The translations under genes were made by a program, and so were the position numbers. The notes under the pieces were generated by a model that was not told where the DNA came from, searched no databases, and was given only the letters and a program-made list of their open reading frames with translations. Below, one piece after another: positions 22,274 through 25,035 of a DNA stretch of 25,035 nucleotides (position 1 is the stretch's first letter; the number at the start of each line of letters is the position of its first letter). The DNA is from Sarea resinae (Eukaryota). Where the stretch lies: positions 62,001 to 87,035 of the forward strand of contig JAPEUD010000096.1 of the NCBI GenBank assembly GCA_026026165.1. The letters run 5' to 3'.

Positions 22274-23057
22274 GCAGATGAGTGGGAATGAGCAGGAATG
22301 AGTAGAGTAAAGCAAAGTGCAGCGCAATGCATCTATGACTCGATGGAACTCCAGCTCGGCCAAAGCTGGTGGCCTGTCTCGCAGCTTCGCATGAGAGCTA
22401 GGCCTGTCGGACTCGAGAATATGACATTGGAAGACGTTACTCCTGAATGAGTAAGTCTGCCGCATGGGAACTATAGCTATACATTGGCTGGTATATCAAC
22501 CCTGAGATCCGATATTGTGTTCAGCTCCCCAGGAGACAAGGACATGCCAAGGACGGTGGCTCGAGTTGCTCGTTAGAGGACGTGGGTGGTTGAAGCGGTG
22601 GTCTCCGTGCCAGAAGCGCCTTTTCGGATGCCTCGAGAGCGTCACAGAAAGAGGCAACCTGCTGGAATGGGTCAAGGGCATCACTTAGCAGTACAGCGGC
22701 AGCCAGAAAGAGGGCGCAAAAGAAGAAGCCGGGGAGACGACGCAACAATGGCGAGTTATCCTTTCACGAGCTCTCCAATCGATTGTGGGTGGGGACAGTG
22801 TTTAAGAGGATTATGGAGTATCTGATAGCATGATGAAGGGGATGGAATGCAAAGCTGCAGTCTTAGAAGGTGTCTGATAGGAGAGTTGGGTATCATGTTC
22901 GATTCTAGACTTTCATAGATCCTATCTCCCAGTCACTAGAAAGAGCAATTTTACGATCGACCCTTCTAAAGGGCAAGATATTGCCCCTGTAGCCTGGTAG
23001 AGCATCAGCGTCGTGATGGATACGATAGTTATCCAATCCCAAGGTGCCCATAGCTCG

Positions 23058-23655
23058 CTATTGCTTGGCATCGCTCGAGTCTGGACCAGATCCATGGTTG
23101 TCGACGGCACCCTCGCTCTCTTTCTCACCAGCTTCACCCTCGTCCCCTTCTTCCTCACCATCAAGCTTCTTGTACTTCCTCTTCGCCTTTTTCGTCTTGC
23201 TCGCCTTCCTCTTCTTGGCCACCTCGGCCTTGACCGCCCGTCTGCTCTCCGGGCCCTTCTCCATCTCCTCCAACTTCTCGGCGAGCAGCAAGCGGGCCAT
23301 CTTGCGGTTCTGGGTGCGCGAACGCGTCTCCTGCGATTTGATCACGATGCCCGTGGGCAGGTGCTTCAGCTGGACGGCCGAGGATGTTTTGTTCTGTCGA
23401 TCGGCCATTGTACGTCAGCCACACGTTGGATTGGATCGTAGAGAGCGCGAGGAGGGGCATTACAATCTTCTGGCCGCCGGGCCCGCTGCCTTTCAAGAAG
23501 GCCTCCTCGATCTCGGCCTCGTCGACCTTGGGCCGTGGCGGCATCTGCTTGATGGCCACGGCGGCGGACCGGCTGAAGTGCCTCACGGCATTGGCATAGT
23601 GGGCGGTCGATAGGCAGGACGATCGACCGGCACAGACAGCATGGCGAAGGAACAT
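23058..23655 (-). CDS. Mitochondrial peptidyl-tRNA hydrolase / release-factor-domain rescue factor (C12orf65/MTRFR-like), 2 exons
   Basis: Exons 23655-23464 and 23393-23058. Arg/Ser/Ala-rich presequence, [46 protein letters not shown] (GGQ motif), then a basic tail KKRKASKTKKAKRKYKK; no stop-codon recognition domain. Confidence 0.9.
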
Positions 23656-23955
23656 GGCCGTCCGTCCCGTCACATGTTTGTTTATGTGTGAACTTGAGCC
23701 GCTCGATTATGATAGTAGATGTTGCTCTATGTTAGGACGAGTTCGTAGTATCTGGAGCTTTTTACCTCGCAGTACTTGGAGGTACTCCTCTTCTCTTAGT
23801 GAAAGGCTGTGTCCACAAGTACTTGTCGGTCCAGCAAGAGATCGACTGCCAGACGCCTCCTTTCGAGTGGCCAAGACCGAGACCAGGCCCAAACGATCGA
23901 ACCGCTCTAATCTCTCGACTTCTCTCTCTCTCTTCATCTCCCTATCCGACTCTTC

Positions 23956-24001
23956 GACTTCGACTTCAAGACTTCAAGACTTCAAGACCTCCAGACTTCA
24001 A
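23956..24001 (+). repeat. Degenerate (GACTTCAA)n tandem array
   Basis: gacttc gacttcaa gacttcaa gacttcaa gacctcca gacttcaa, about 47 nt upstream of the ATG at 24048. Confidence 0.85.
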
Positions 24002-24047
24002 CCATCCTCACCTACGCAAAAACAATTGTCTTCCCTCCACCGGCACC

Positions 24048-24480
24048 ATGCTCCAGACATCGACCTTCATCCGCTGGCTGCAGCGCAAACGCTACCAATA
24101 CGAAGTCACGTACTCGCTCTACATGCTGACGCCGACGGAGAAATTCATCTTCAGTACGGCCCCTCTCCCTCTCCCTCTCCCACGAAAACCCAAATTCCAA
24201 TCTAGCCACAGACATGCACAAAGGAAACTAACCAAAACCCCACACAGACTCGTTCCTCTTCCTCTTCCTCAGCATGGTCATCATCGCCATCAGCCTCTAC
24301 CTCCCGGGGCACATCAACACGGTCGCCAACCGCGCATGGTTCTACTACGCCGGCGACGACTCGTCGAAGCCACAGATGCAGGCCGTCGATGGGCTCATGA
24401 CCGCCGTCGCTGCCAACGCCTCGTTGGATGTCGCCTCCTTGGTCGGTGGTGCCGGGGCTGCAGCTGCCCAGCGCAGCTAG
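24048..24480 (+). CDS. Serine palmitoyltransferase small subunit (ssSPT/Tsc3-like, DUF3317), 2 exons
   Basis: Exons 24048-24153 and 24248-24480 (GTACGG...ACTAAC...CAG). Protein RWLQRKRYQYEVTYSLYMLTPTEKFIFNSFLFLFLSMVIIAISLYLPGHI matches the YQY..YML.P.EK..FN..YLP.H signature of ssSPT proteins. Confidence 0.87.
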
Positions 24481-24533
24481 TCGAGGACATTGTTTGTTTG
24501 GAATGTTTTGTTCGAGCGGGAATCGATCATATC

Positions 24534-24536
<3 letters not shown>

Positions 24537-24575
<39 letters not shown>

Positions 24576-24588
24576 CAGAGAGGGACAG
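24537..24588 (+). repeat. (AG)n microsatellite decaying into AGAGAC units
   Basis: Read directly; 3' of the ssSPT stop. Confidence 0.9.
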
Positions 24589-24988
24589 ATGCAAAGGTTT
24601 GCACTTAATAAGCAACGGTATAATGAAACGGGAGCGAGAAGTGAAAAGTAAAGGGCGCCATTGACGCCAGGACGCGATATCGACATCGACAGGACCTACG
24701 ATGCGACACCAACAGCGAGGAGAGAAAAGCCACAACCACACATACATATACACATAAACATATCTATACACCCCCAGCACGGCGCCGTAATAGGAATACG
24801 AGCATACCAACGGGGCTAATACATCCATCTCCCATCTTCGAGAGCGAGACAGCGAGACAAGGCGGCGCATCGGCGGCGTTTGGGAATTACGACGACGGCT
24901 CTCCACACACACACACACCACGTACACACCACGCACAGGTGACTATCGGATCAAGAGCCACAATGAATAGGAAGCGGGAGGGCGAAGA

Positions 24989-24991
<3 letters not shown>

Positions 24992-25026
<35 letters not shown>

Positions 25027-25035
25027 GGGGGGGGG
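24992..25035 (+). repeat. Poly-G tract at the window end
   Basis: G34-A-G9 running to the last base; could be a contig-end artefact. Confidence 0.75.

Noticed and set aside
22274..23057. Small secreted-looking ORF (22748-22521, minus) and an ATGATGA...CTGA snoRNA-like stretch near 22830-22877
   Set aside because: The ORF starts at TTG with no coherent exon chain. The box pair is very close together and has no recognisable guide.
1..25035. Functional gene cluster, transposon, CRISPR array or stwintron
   Set aside because: The genes belong to unrelated housekeeping pathways. I saw no transposase/RT motifs, TIRs or spaced repeats, and the longer introns I inspected showed no nested splice sites.

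Overview
Gene-dense, intron-rich window from a filamentous ascomycete (inferred Eurotiomycete-like from GT-AG introns of ~50-230 nt with CTRAY branch sites and the gene content). I rebuilt the spliced models by hand. In order: 3' end of an upstream CDS; RFC4 (+); a Ser-rich protein with a two-TM C-terminus (-); CaaX protease RCE1 (+); a low-complexity hypothetical protein (-); an SDR oxidoreductase (-); a GPI-type aspartic protease, OpsB/yapsin-like (-); an intron-containing tRNA-Gly(CCC); GET4 (+); a small 3-exon uncharacterised protein (-); decapping nuclease RAI1 (+); a GGQ mitochondrial rescue/release factor (-); a serine palmitoyltransferase small subunit (+). It is mostly housekeeping, with no transposon, CRISPR array or secondary-metabolite cluster visible. 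The best lead is the 203-aa protein at 18944-19721, whose RRNLF motif and terminal helix ending LDDDDWMFE suggest an unannotated Apc14/APC16-type APC/C subunit (inference, needs profile search). Lesser leads are Crz1/PacC-like sites upstream of the protease, uORFs, micro-exons, a 58-nt poly-C tract and patchy GC/microsatellite content.
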